A program made the translations under genes and the position numbers. Source: Nitrospirota bacterium (GTDB lineage Bacteria > Nitrospirota > UBA9217). Taken from it: 64,000 bases of DNA. Under the pieces are notes generated by a model that was given only the letters and a program-made list of their open reading frames with translations, ran no database searches and was not told the DNA's origin. Position 1 is the stretch's first letter, and the number at the start of each line of letters is the position of its first letter. Shown one piece after another: positions 9,739 to 19,988 of the stretch. Location of the stretch: contig CAVTRN010000001.1 in the NCBI GenBank assembly GCA_963737155.1, positions 672,001-736,000 of the forward strand. Reading direction: 5' to 3'.

Positions 9739-12700
9739 CTTGAAGGCTCCCTTCCATCAGGCCTGCTTGTTCTCTCTGTCTAATTCGTTGATGCAACCGG
9801 TTCTTCCCCTCTTTTAACTTCTCGGCCCTATCGTCATTTTTATTAGAAGGAATTTGCTCACTTCCTCCCACGCTTAAATAGTGAGACAGCGAGTTTATTG
9901 TCGGGTACTTGAACATGTCAAGCATGGACACATTCCGTTCCAGTTTGTTGCACAGTCTGCCGTGAACCTGGGCCATACGTAATGAATTGCCGCCCAAATC
10001 GAAAAAATTATCATTTACGCCTGTCTTTTCCAGATGAAGCACCTCTTGCCATATAGCAGCGATCGTGCGCTCTATTTCCGACCCAGGAGCCATATAGACA
10101 GATTCTAGCTCAGGACGGTGGCTTGCTGGAGCTGACAGGGATCGGCGATCTATCTTGCCATTCAGTGTCAAAGGAAACTTTTCCATCATCGTGAAGCTAC
10201 TTGGCACCATATACTCAGGCAGCTGTTCCCTCAGATATTGGCGCAATTCACTGATAGAAAGGTTTCGGTTCGCATTTGGGATGATATAAGCAGCCAGCTG
10301 TTTGTCCCCAGGGGTGTCCTCTCGGGCTATGACCACAACGTGGCGAACGGCTTCATGCCCTCCTAATACTGTTTCTATCTCGCCTATTTCTATACGAAAT
10401 CCTCGGATCTTGACCTGGTTATCCAAGCGGACAAGGTACTCCAGTTTTCCGTCTGGCAGATAACGGACCAAATCGCCAGTGCGGTATAAACGGGTCCCAG
10501 CTATTTTACTGAACAGATCAGGGATGAACTTTTGTACCGTCAGCTCTGGGCGATTTAAATAACCGCGTGCGAGCCCATCACCGCCGATCAACAACTCGCC
10601 GGGTACTCCTATCGGCAAAAGCTGGAGGTGCTTGTCGACGACGTAGAATTGCGTGTTTGCAATCGGCTGGCCTATCGACACAGACTCTCCCTCCTTGACC
10701 TGGCTGACAGCGGACCAGATAGTCGTTTCTGTCGGTCCGTACATGTTCCAGAGAGAAGCACACTTCGACAGCAGAGGCCTAGCCAGTTCCTGCGACCATG
10801 CCTCACCACCGCAAAGAATCTTCAATCGAGGATTTCCTTCCCAGCCCGATTCCAGCAATAGGCGCCACGTGGTTGGAGTGGCTTGCATCACCGTAGCTCT
10901 GCTTCGGGTCATGGCCATTGCTAATTGTTTCCCATCCATGACCACTTCTTGAGGCACGATTACAACCTTGGCCCCGGTTGTTAGCGGCAACCAAAGTTCC
11001 AGACCCAAAATATCGAAGGATATGGTCGTAACTGATAAGAGAGTATCGTGCTCATCCATTCCCGGCGATCTACGCATAGAGTTCAGAAAATTGACTACTG
11101 CACGATGGGATATTTCAACTCCTTTCGGATTACCCGTCGAGCCAGAAGTATAGAGGACATAAGCCAGATTGCTAGAACTCGGACGATCAGCAGCAGCTTG
11201 CGGCGCAACCGTCTCCGGTAAGGCATCAACACATATCACTTTTGCCTGGTGCGGCGGAGTCTCATCCAGTAACTTCTTCAAGGTAACCAGCACCGGAGGC
11301 TTTGCATCCGCAAGCATGAACGCCAATCGTTCCCGCGGGAACATTCTATCCAGCGGCAGGTAAGCGCCGCCAGCCTTGAGAATCCCCAGTAAGGCGATTA
11401 CCATCTCGAGGGAGCGGTCCATGAAGAGCCCTACGAGTATATCGGGACCAACCCCTAGCCCTCTCAGGTGCTGAGCGAGTTGATTGGCGCGATCATTAAG
11501 TTCACCGTAGGTCAGTGTCTGTTGCTCGAACACCAGGGCCACCTGATCGGGAATTCGCAAGCCCTGCTCTTCGATCAGTTGGTGCAAACAGAGATCTTTC
11601 CCGCGATAGGCCACTGTTGTATCATTCCAATTCACCAGCAGTTGCTGACGTTCAGCTTCGGTGAGCATCGGTAACATAGAAATACTCTGGTCTGGATCGG
11701 AGACTATTGCCTCTAGAAGTTTTTCGTAATGTTTACACAGACGTTGGATGGTATGGGCTTCAAATAAATCGGTACTGTACTCAATCAACCCTTCGAGATG
11801 GTTTCCGGTCTCAGAGAGGAGCAGCGTCAGATCAAACTTTGATGTTCCCGTCTCCAGTGTTCGGTTGCCGGACACCTTCGATACCTCCGAGACTCCGTCA
11901 GGGTTGTGGACAACGAACATCACCTGAAAGAGAGGAGTGCGGCTCGGATCCCGCTCCGGTGTCATTTCCGAAACGAGATGCCCGAAGGGAAGGTCTGCAT
12001 GAGCATAGGCACCTATGGCCCGCTCACGCACTTGTTGCAGCAGGGAGCGGAAGTCCAGGCCGTCATTGAACTTCGCGCGCAAGACGACTGTGTTGAGGAA
12101 GTAGCCGATCATGCGCTCAGTTTCTCTGTGAGTTCGGCCGGTAATGGGGGTCCCCACCAGGATGTCGCCCTGGCCCGTATAGCGGTGCAACAAGGCCATA
12201 AAACTTGCCTCAAGAATCATAAACAGGGTGGCGTTCTCCCGTCGACCCAGAGATTTTATTCGCTCCAATAACTCCTTGGACAACTCAAAGATCTCTGTCG
12301 ATCCACGAAAGCTCTGCACGGCAGGGCGTTGCTTGTCGGTGGGCAGTTCTAGAATGAATGGAGCACCCGCCAGTTCTTCCTTCCAGTAAGATACCTGCCT
12401 CTGTAGTACTTCTCCCTGTAACCAATTTCGCTGCCAACAGGCAAAATCTGCATATTGGATTGGCAACTCCGAAAGAGGAGACGGCTGATTTTGAGAAAAA
12501 GCCTCAAAAAGTTGATTTACTTCCTGGTGAATTATCTCCATGGACCATTCGTCAGCAATAATGTGGTGGATGGTCAGCAGCAACCTGTGTTCTTGATTGG
12601 TCAGATGGACCATGGTCCCTCGAAATAGAGGGGCTTGAGACAAGTCGAAGGGCTTTCGCCCCTCCTCATGCACAACACGGAGCCATTCGCGTTCTTGCTC

Positions 12701-14986
12701 CTGCTCAGGCAAAGAACGTAAATCCAATTCTGACAGCGTCAGGTCGATCATCGGCAGAACAACCTGCATCGGTTGTCCTTCATTGTGAGAAAAGGCGGTG
12801 CGCAATACTTCATGGCGGCGCACCAACTCCATCATGGCTCTTCTCATCGTTTCCGCGTCATACTCCCCACCGATACGGATCACGTCCACGAGATTGTAGA
12901 CAGGACTGCCGGGTGACAGTTGGTCCAAAAACCAGAGCGGTTCCTGAGTAAAGGATAGTGAACATGGTCCACTCTGTTTACGCTGCCCGATCTCTTGAAT
13001 ACTTCCACCCTTGGCTTTAGTCAGGGCCTTGGACACATCGGTAATGGTAGGGTTTTCAAACAAAGTTTCGATCTCTAGATCCACGCCGAATACATCACGA
13101 ATTCTCGATATGGCCTTAATCGCCAGCAATGAATGCCCACCCAAATCAAAAAAACTGTCGTTGATCCCGATATTCTCCACTTTTAGCAATTCGGTCCAAA
13201 TGGCAGCGAGGGCCTTCTCGGTTTCCGTGTGTGGCCTGACGAAATCGTGGGAGGCTGCGAGATTATCGGAAGTGGGCGCCGGCAGAGATTTTCGATCAAT
13301 CTTTCCGTTCGATGTGAGCGGCAGCCGGTCCAGCCTGATAAAATAGGGGGGGAGCATGTAAGCGGGCAATTCCTGGGCGAGGTGGGCGCGCAGCTCCGCC
13401 GCGTTCAACGACTTCTCGCTCACATAATATGCGACCAGCCTATTGATACTCATCTCACCAGTTTTCGACGGCTCAGCGCTGTCCGCCATTTGTTTGCTGT
13501 CCCAGCCAACTACATCGACTACACACTCGCGAACGTCGGCGTGTTTCAGGAGACGGGCCTCGATCTCCCCCAGCTCAATGCGTACGCCGCCAACTTTCAC
13601 CTGATTATCAACGCGTCCCAGGAATTCCATGCTTCCCTTGGCGTTCCATCGAGCGAGATCTCCAGTCTTGTAGAGGCGCAACAACGCTGACCCAATGACT
13701 GATGATTTTGCTGCCGGCAAATTTTGTCTCGGGTCCTTCGCCGTTACGAATTTCTCCTCGGTGAGCTCTGGCCGATTGACGTAGCCGCGGGCCAATCCAT
13801 CCCCTGCTATGCACATCTCGCCTATGTCGCCAATGGGCACAGGGTTGAGGTTCTCGTCGAGAATAAAGATGCAGGTATTGGCAGCAGGATTTCCAATGGG
13901 GACCGAAGGGGCGAGATCGTTCTCTCTATCATAACGGTGAATCATGCAACCGACGGTGGCCTCCGTGGGGCCGTACTCGTTGTATATCTCCACCGGGTAG
14001 CCGGCGTTGCGAGTAATATCGCTTGCCAGCTCAGTCTTGAAATCCTCGCCGCCGACGATGAACTTGCGAATCTTGGTGGCACTCGAGACCATCCCTTTTA
14101 TCATGGCAAGGTGAGCTGGCGTCAGCTTCACGATGTCAGCCACGTTGTCCTCAATAACTTTGAAAATCACCGTGCCGTGCACACCCGGGTCTTCATGATA
14201 GACGACAATGTGGCCACCGGAAATAAGGGGCGTGAATATCGATGTTACCGTGAGATCAAATGCAAGAGAGGAAAACAATGGCCAGGTCAGCCGTTCACCC
14301 CTGCAGTACTTCTCGTTCGCCCACCAGATGTAATTCACCAAGCTACGGTGCTCGATCATAACGCCCTTGGGCGTGCCTGTGGAGCCGGAAGTGTAGATAA
14401 CGTAGGCGAGATTGTTTGGGGACACGGGAAACCGTGGATTTGTGACCGGATATTGCCCGATCGAAGCGAAGTCGGCATCCAACGTTATCACTCGCGCTAT
14501 GCCGTCCGGAAGGTCCCTCGCAAAACTCGATTGGGTCACCAACACGGGCATAGTTCCCGCAAGTCCTTTTGCAATATCCTGCAATATGAAGACAAGGCGC
14601 TCTTTCGGGGTGTTAATATCAATAGGCACATATGCAGCACCAGCCTTAAGCACTCCGAGCATTGAGCAAACAACCTCGATTGAGTTTCCCATGTACAGGG
14701 CGACGAGTTGATCCGCATCGGTGCCGAGTGTGCGGAGTTTCACTGCCATCTGATTCGCGCGGTCGTTCAGCTCACGATACGTCAACCCTTGATCGCCAGA
14801 ATGGATGGCCTCATCCTCTGGCGTGCGCTCTACCTGGGCTTCAAAGAGTTCAACTATTGTTTTGTCTGCGGGATATGGCGCCGCAGACTTGTTGTATTCG
14901 ATAACCAGCGACTGATACCCGCGCTCCAACTGAGGGGCTAACGAATCGATGGGCCGATCGATCACGTAGTCCTTTTCGTTGCTCAT
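9731..14986 (-). CDS. Bimodular NRPS A(Asn)-PCP-C-A(Gly)-PCP
   Basis: Two complete A domains, carriers LGGHSL and LGGNSL, C-domain HHIIADEWS; stop overlaps the PKS start. Start placed at MSNEK after GAGAGGAG. Confidence 0.96.
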   Translation of the reverse strand: MSNEKDYVIDRPIDSLAPQLERGYQSLVIEYNKSAAPYPADKTIVELFEAQVERTPEDEAIHSGDQGLTYRELNDRANQMAVKLRTLGTDADQLVALYMGNSIEVVCSMLGVLKAGAAYVPIDINTPKERLVFILQDIAKGLAGTMPVLVTQSSFARDLPDGIARVITLDADFASIGQYPVTNPRFPVSPNNLAYVIYTSGSTGTPKGVMIEHRSLVNYIWWANEKYCRGERLTWPLFSSLAFDLTVTSIFTPLISGGHIVVYHEDPGVHGTVIFKVIEDNVADIVKLTPAHLAMIKGMVSSATKIRKFIVGGEDFKTELASDITRNAGYPVEIYNEYGPTEATVGCMIHRYDRENDLAPSVPIGNPAANTCIFILDENLNPVPIGDIGEMCIAGDGLARGYVNRPELTEEKFVTAKDPRQNLPAAKSSVIGSALLRLYKTGDLARWNAKGSMEFLGRVDNQVKVGGVRIELGEIEARLLKHADVRECVVDVVGWDSKQMADSAEPSKTGEMSINRLVAYYVSEKSLNAAELRAHLAQELPAYMLPPYFIRLDRLPLTSNGKIDRKSLPAPTSDNLAASHDFVRPHTETEKALAAIWTELLKVENIGINDSFFDLGGHSLLAIKAISRIRDVFGVDLEIETLFENPTITDVSKALTKAKGGSIQEIGQRKQSGPCSLSFTQEPLWFLDQLSPGSPVYNLVDVIRIGGEYDAETMRRAMMELVRRHEVLRTAFSHNEGQPMQVVLPMIDLTLSELDLRSLPEQEQEREWLRVVHEEGRKPFDLSQAPLFRGTMVHLTNQEHRLLLTIHHIIADEWSMEIIHQEVNQLFEAFSQNQPSPLSELPIQYADFACWQRNWLQGEVLQRQVSYWKEELAGAPFILELPTDKQRPAVQSFRGSTEIFELSKELLERIKSLGRRENATLFMILEASFMALLHRYTGQGDILVGTPITGRTHRETERMIGYFLNTVVLRAKFNDGLDFRSLLQQVRERAIGAYAHADLPFGHLVSEMTPERDPSRTPLFQVMFVVHNPDGVSEVSKVSGNRTLETGTSKFDLTLLLSETGNHLEGLIEYSTDLFEAHTIQRLCKHYEKLLEAIVSDPDQSISMLPMLTEAERQQLLVNWNDTTVAYRGKDLCLHQLIEEQGLRIPDQVALVFEQQTLTYGELNDRANQLAQHLRGLGVGPDILVGLFMDRSLEMVIALLGILKAGGAYLPLDRMFPRERLAFMLADAKPPVLVTLKKLLDETPPHQAKVICVDALPETVAPQAAADRPSSSNLAYVLYTSGSTGNPKGVEISHRAVVNFLNSMRRSPGMDEHDTLLSVTTISFDILGLELWLPLTTGAKVVIVPQEVVMDGKQLAMAMTRSRATVMQATPTTWRLLLESGWEGNPRLKILCGGEAWSQELARPLLSKCASLWNMYGPTETTIWSAVSQVKEGESVSIGQPIANTQFYVVDKHLQLLPIGVPGELLIGGDGLARGYLNRPELTVQKFIPDLFSKIAGTRLYRTGDLVRYLPDGKLEYLVRLDNQVKIRGFRIEIGEIETVLGGHEAVRHVVVIAREDTPGDKQLAAYIIPNANRNLSISELRQYLREQLPEYMVPSSFTMMEKFPLTLNGKIDRRSLSAPASHRPELESVYMAPGSEIERTIAAIWQEVLHLEKTGVNDNFFDLGGNSLRMAQVHGRLCNKLERNVSMLDMFKYPTINSLSHYLSVGGSEQIPSNKNDDRAEKLKEGKNRLHQRIRQREQAGLMEGSLQDE

Positions 14987-14991
14987 ATGCT
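13113..14991. repeat. Near-identical 1.88-kb direct repeat, copy 2
   Basis: Matches 2632..4510. Confidence 0.97.
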
Positions 14992-15031
14992 GTTCTCCTC
15001 TTTCAGCCAACTGAAGACCATTTTCATAATT

Positions 15032-15916
15032 TCATTCGCTCCGCTTTGGTTGTATAAGAACATCAGGTAAATCCAGTTCGTCCACGTGATCGTCAACGAT
15101 CGAAATATTACCGTTGCCGTGAATGCTGTTGATGAAACTCGATATTCTGTAGCTCAATGAATTAAACTCGTAAGTAATCTTGATTCGTCCTTGATTTCGC
15201 ACAAATGATTCTCTAAACATTAATGTAAGAAGATCTTCATCTGATATCAAGTCCATAAACTTACGTTTAAGCATGTCGTAACAGTCATAATAGTTCATTT
15301 GGATCGAAAATCGGTGATCTGTACCGTACGAAAAATCATCAAGTGTTCTTTCATGCCTTTTGAGAACGAGGGTCTCTCGGTCGAAGAGAATTTTCTGGAT
15401 GCGTCCGCCGTTGATCGATGCATCACTGTCAAGGATGAACGGGGAGCACGTTCCGAAACTCATTCCGTTGGGCAATGTTGAAGCTTTCTTGAGGTGGGTT
15501 TCTTGAGGTAATCGAAGCGCACTTATGATTTGAGATCGATCGATAAAGCATCCGGTTTCCGGGGTAACAATCGCGTACAGGGCCCCTGTATCCGGACACT
15601 CAAAATAAAGAGCTTTGATGACATTCAACGGACTCCATTCACCCAAAAGCTCCGCCTTTTCGTAGCATGTGTTCGTTTTTTTCGGATGCGTGACAATGCT
15701 ACACTCACCATGACTTTTCTCAAAATGATCAGCGATGTACTCAAGACCCCATTTCGACAGAAATAGCTTTCGAAATTCCTCACCATTAACTTGAAGTTCT
15801 TTCGCAAAACTTGGCAAGCACTTCCCATTCAATGATGGATCATTTTTTTCAATATCATAGTCTTCGGGTGTAAGTGGTGATGCCTGGGACTTCAATCGAT
15901 AAGAGCTCATAATCAA
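15032..15916 (-). CDS. YbaK/ProX (INS superfamily) aminoacyl-editing-like protein with N- and C-terminal extensions
   Basis: Pattern HP..T..E.A.LLG....VIKAL (conserved Lys), Y.IV.P....D, GMSFGTCSPF (GxxxP loop), ILFD..L, F..G....SI.M. Confidence 0.65.
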   Translation of the reverse strand: MIMSSYRLKSQASPLTPEDYDIEKNDPSLNGKCLPSFAKELQVNGEEFRKLFLSKWGLEYIADHFEKSHGECSIVTHPKKTNTCYEKAELLGEWSPLNVIKALYFECPDTGALYAIVTPETGCFIDRSQIISALRLPQETHLKKASTLPNGMSFGTCSPFILDSDASINGGRIQKILFDRETLVLKRHERTLDDFSYGTDHRFSIQMNYYDCYDMLKRKFMDLISDEDLLTLMFRESFVRNQGRIKITYEFNSLSYRISSFINSIHGNGNISIVDDHVDELDLPDVLIQPKRSE

Positions 15917-16215
15917 TCCCTAAGAGGAGCATAGTTTCGGTTCTGCTCCAGTACCAATGTCGATATATTCGATTCGAAAAGAAGATTTGGATGAATGTAA
16001 ACTTTCAGAACCTGCCCGCATTCCTGTTATGTTCGTGAGTAGAAATTCTTTTGGTTGGTGAAGCGTAATCGCATGATGCTACTTTTTACCGTGTCGCTGG
16101 CCAGGCTCTCGGCATGATACATCTTGCAAGTCTGCAGATCCTGTCCGGGTGATCCCCCCGGCCGGGTCTCCCCGCCAATGTAAAGCTTGTGTCTCGAGTG
16201 CTTCTTCTTGTATAT

Positions 16216-17364
16216 TCATAGCGACCATCCAATCACTTCCTTCATAATTTCATTTGTGCCAGCGTAAATTCGTTGTCCGCGTCCATCCGCCCACATGCGG
16301 GCGATCGGATATTCCAGCATATAGCCGTAGCCGCCATGCAACTGAACACATTCATCGACGATGCGCCACTCACAGTCAGTGAGCCAATACTTCGCCATGG
16401 CAGCGGTAATAGCGTCGAGCTGACCTGCGATGAAACGCTCTATGCAGTTGTCGATAAAAATCCGACCAATGTGGGCTTCGGTCTTGCATTCGGCCAGTTT
16501 GAAACGCGTATTCTGAAAATCAATCAGTGGCTTGCCGAACACAATGCGCTCTTTCACATACTTAGTCGTTATGGCCACAGCTCGTTCTGCTGTTGCGATT
16601 GCGGCAACGCCAATCGTGAGGCGCTCATAGGGTAATTGCGCCATCATTTGAGAAAATCCTTTGCCTTCAGCGGGACCTAGAAGGTTTGAGGCCGGAACAC
16701 GCACGTCATCGAAGAAAAGCTCGCAGGTATCCCGTTCATGCATACCGATTTTTTCGAAAGGGTGGCCAACTTTGTATCCGGGAAGATCCTTCGTTTCGAC
16801 GATGATGAGCGAGATGCCTTTCGGGCCGACAGCTTTAGCGTCGGTCTTCACGGCAAGGCAGACAATACCTGCTAGCCAACCGTTGGTGATGAACGTCTTT
16901 GAGCCATTGATTACATAGTGATCACCGTCGCGACGAGCGGTGGTTTTGATGCTCTGCACGTCCGAGCCGGCAGTAGGTTCGCTCATAGCAATTGCGCCCA
17001 CCAGCTCGCCACGCGCCATGGGAGGGAGCCACTTGCGTTTCTGCTCCTCACTACCGTAGGCGAGGATATAATGTGCCATAATGCTATGGACCGTACAGCC
17101 AAAGTGGACTCCCGCTTGAGCGAGCTCCTCTATAATGACAGCTTCGTAAGCGAAGGTACCTCCTCCGCCATATTCTTCTGGTGCGTCTGGGAGCAGGATG
17201 CCTATGCCACCCGCTGCTATCCAAGCTTCGGCATCGGGATAATGCTGTTGACGCCAACGGGCTTGGTGCGGCACGAATTCTTTTTGTATGAATTTGCGGA
17301 CCGTTTCGCGAAACATCCGAAGCTCGTCATTCATCCACGAAGATTGGTAGGCAATAGGAGACAT
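16216..17364 (-). CDS. Acyl-CoA dehydrogenase, LCAD-like
   Basis: [37 protein letters not shown]; candidate catalytic Glu in LPYERL. Confidence 0.95.
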   Translation of the reverse strand: MSPIAYQSSWMNDELRMFRETVRKFIQKEFVPHQARWRQQHYPDAEAWIAAGGIGILLPDAPEEYGGGGTFAYEAVIIEELAQAGVHFGCTVHSIMAHYILAYGSEEQKRKWLPPMARGELVGAIAMSEPTAGSDVQSIKTTARRDGDHYVINGSKTFITNGWLAGIVCLAVKTDAKAVGPKGISLIIVETKDLPGYKVGHPFEKIGMHERDTCELFFDDVRVPASNLLGPAEGKGFSQMMAQLPYERLTIGVAAIATAERAVAITTKYVKERIVFGKPLIDFQNTRFKLAECKTEAHIGRIFIDNCIERFIAGQLDAITAAMAKYWLTDCEWRIVDECVQLHGGYGYMLEYPIARMWADGRGQRIYAGTNEIMKEVIGWSL

Positions 17365-17457
17365 TTTGAGACCTCTGCGCTGAAATTATAGCTATATATT
17401 TGACAATACAAGTACTGACGCACCTAGACTTTGCAGAATTTTCTTTACCGGCATGTT

Positions 17458-18306
17458 TCAGGAGTCAGCAAAAATCTCCATCCACCGTGATTTAAGCAGC
17501 CCCATTCTCACAATATTATGCCATGTGCTGTTGATCAGAGCGTCGTCGAGAAACAGCCCCTCCAGTTCAAATCCAAACTTGCTGTTCAAATTGATGTTAC
17601 GTATATTCGCATTTCCTGAATGAATAAAGACCTTGTTAAAATTAAGAATGCAAAAAACGTAATACAAAAAAACGAATGTGGCATGTTTCCCTATCCCTTT
17701 TCCCTGCGAATTTAACTCACCGACCAGTTTTTTCATTTCCAATTTTTTTGACTCATTATCAAGAGAGTCCGCGCCAATAATCCCAACTGGTTTTTCGCAA
17801 TAATATATCCCAAAATAGGTTCGACCATAATATTCAAAATACTTTATTAAATCACTTTCTGTGTCAGGCAGTGCGGGTATAAAATTATACTTGATCCCCG
17901 GCTGACTCAACCAGTTCGCGACTTGGTTGTACAGTTCCGGCCGGAGTGGCGATATTTCGACGTCCTCAATTCTTAATTTCTTCTCTGTGGACCAGTTATC
18001 TTTAATGTCGCTAACTCTAAACAGATCATTATAAAATTGATTGCCGCCCTTCTGAATTCTCTTGTCTTTGATCAGACAGTCCAGTAAATGAGTCGACACT
18101 GAGACAATATCTTTTTCCTCGACGCCGAAATTGATGAGTTCCTTATAAAATCCCTTAGAAATTATTTTTAACATTTGCTGCTGCTGCAGATCTTGAACTT
18201 CAGGGTCGGTTTCTGGGCCCATAGGTGCTTGCTGTACCTCGGTCAATTTCAGGTTTTCAGCCATGCCGTCGAACATCGGTAATCTGTTTTTTTGCATTGC
18301 AGTCAT
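17458..18306 (-). CDS. GNAT (RimJ/L-like) N-acyltransferase with an extra N-terminal domain
   Basis: Motif A QGKGIGK and NIRNINLNSKFGFELEG in the C-terminal half. Confidence 0.85.
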   Translation of the reverse strand: MTAMQKNRLPMFDGMAENLKLTEVQQAPMGPETDPEVQDLQQQQMLKIISKGFYKELINFGVEEKDIVSVSTHLLDCLIKDKRIQKGGNQFYNDLFRVSDIKDNWSTEKKLRIEDVEISPLRPELYNQVANWLSQPGIKYNFIPALPDTESDLIKYFEYYGRTYFGIYYCEKPVGIIGADSLDNESKKLEMKKLVGELNSQGKGIGKHATFVFLYYVFCILNFNKVFIHSGNANIRNINLNSKFGFELEGLFLDDALINSTWHNIVRMGLLKSRWMEIFADS

Positions 18307-18467
18307 TTTTCCTTCACCGTCGATTTTTCTGAGAAGATTCTCCGAATTATCGGGAAAAGACGACCTCTCTTGCTGCCAGCATGGATACGAACAACATAAT
18401 GTTCAAAATTGTAGCCCGCTTGACCGTATGCCTCCGGCCGGTAAAGAAGAAGGGAACACGGCTGGCA

Positions 18468-18947
18468 TTACTCATCTTTGATGTTCCTTATGAATTTTGC
18501 TGGATTTCCCGCGACAATTGCATTTGCCGGAACGTCCTTTGTCACAACGCTGCCGGAACCCACGATGGCCCGTTCGCCTATCGTAATGCTACAGAGTATC
18601 GTTGATCCCGAACCGATGGATGCACCCTTTTTTACAATTGTCGGCATCACCTTCCAGTCCGCCTCACTCTGCAGGCCTCCGCTTCCATTCGTGGCCCGCG
18701 GGTACTTGTCGTTGATGAATGTTACCCCATGCCCGATTAGGACATCGTCTTCAATGGTCACACCCTCGCATATGAACGTATGGCTCTGAATCTTGCAGTT
18801 CTTGCCGATGAAGGCGTTCTTCTGCACCTCGACAAAAGTGCCGATCTTCGTATTATCGTCGATGGCACACCCGTACAGGTTGACGAAGTTTGCAATCTTG
18901 ACGTTTTTGCCGAGCCGCACATCTTCGGCGATGCAATGGTATTTCAT
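18468..18947 (-). CDS. WbpD/WlbB-like hexapeptide NDP-amino-sugar N-acyltransferase
   Basis: [30 protein letters not shown]; ATGA-coupled to the upstream gene. Confidence 0.9.
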   Translation of the reverse strand: MKYHCIAEDVRLGKNVKIANFVNLYGCAIDDNTKIGTFVEVQKNAFIGKNCKIQSHTFICEGVTIEDDVLIGHGVTFINDKYPRATNGSGGLQSEADWKVMPTIVKKGASIGSGSTILCSITIGERAIVGSGSVVTKDVPANAIVAGNPAKFIRNIKDE

Positions 18948-19945
18948 AGCGCCACTTCTCTCCCATTCTCTTTGATTGATTGGTTGCATGCCTGGAGCAG
19001 CTTTACGACGCGAAGCCCCGAATGCCCGTCATTGATCGGTCGTTCGCCGCTCATGGCGCAGCGGACGAAATATTCGGTTTCGAGCTTGAGCGCCTCTATC
19101 TGCTCCACGCGCGGGGCGTACATGTCCCCGGAACGGTAATTGACCAGCAGTTTGTACGATGACTCTTTGCTGTTGATGTCGATGCCCTTGTCATAGATTT
19201 TGATTTTCTCGTCGGCCTCAAGGTCGTTCCAGAGGAGCATCTTTTTCTCGCCGCCGATTAAGGTCGTGCGAACCTTGACCGGCGATAGCCAGTTGACGTT
19301 GAAGTGCGCAATAATGCTGTTGTTGAATTGGACTGTTACGTAAGCAGTGTCCTCATACGCGTTGACATGGGCCTTGCCGCACGCCGAGACCGCCGCTGGC
19401 TTCTCGTCAATGAGATAGTCCATAACGGAAAAATCGTGTGGTGCGAGGTCCCAGATAACGTTCACATCGGGCTGAAAGAGCCCCAAGTTCACGCGGATGG
19501 AATCGTAATAGTAGAGGTCGCCCAGGACCTTATCGTCGATAAGCTGTTTTATCTTTTTCACCGCGCCAGTGAAGAGAAAGGTGTGGTCTACCATGATGGT
19601 GCGCCGCTTCTGCTCTGCTAGTTCTATCAGCTGTTCTGCCTGAGCCACCGTTGCCGTGAACGGTTTCTCCACGAATACGTGCTTGCCATTTTGAATCGCT
19701 TTTTTTGCCAGTTCGAAATGCGTCGACACCGGCGTGATGACGGCGACGGCGTCGACTTCCGGCGAGTTGAGAATGTCGTTGGGCTCGGTCGTCAAATTGA
19801 CATGAGGATACGATTTACGTGCGCGGTTCATGGCGTCCTGATTGCGATCACAGATGGAGGAGACCTTGACCCCCTCAATGCTGTTGAAATTCCGCACGAT
19901 ATTCGGCCCCCAGTAACCGTATCCTATAATCCCAATGTTTATCAT
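18944..19945 (-). CDS. Gfo/Idh/MocA NAD-dependent oxidoreductase (WbpB/WlbA-like NDP-sugar dehydrogenase)
   Basis: IGYGYWG, HVFVEKP, DLAPHD motifs. Confidence 0.92.
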   Translation of the reverse strand: MINIGIIGYGYWGPNIVRNFNSIEGVKVSSICDRNQDAMNRARKSYPHVNLTTEPNDILNSPEVDAVAVITPVSTHFELAKKAIQNGKHVFVEKPFTATVAQAEQLIELAEQKRRTIMVDHTFLFTGAVKKIKQLIDDKVLGDLYYYDSIRVNLGLFQPDVNVIWDLAPHDFSVMDYLIDEKPAAVSACGKAHVNAYEDTAYVTVQFNNSIIAHFNVNWLSPVKVRTTLIGGEKKMLLWNDLEADEKIKIYDKGIDINSKESSYKLLVNYRSGDMYAPRVEQIEALKLETEYFVRCAMSGERPINDGHSGLRVVKLLQACNQSIKENGREVAL

Positions 19946-19988
19946 AATTCACTCCTCTTTCCGTTAATCTTCGTTCATTGGTGTGGTG

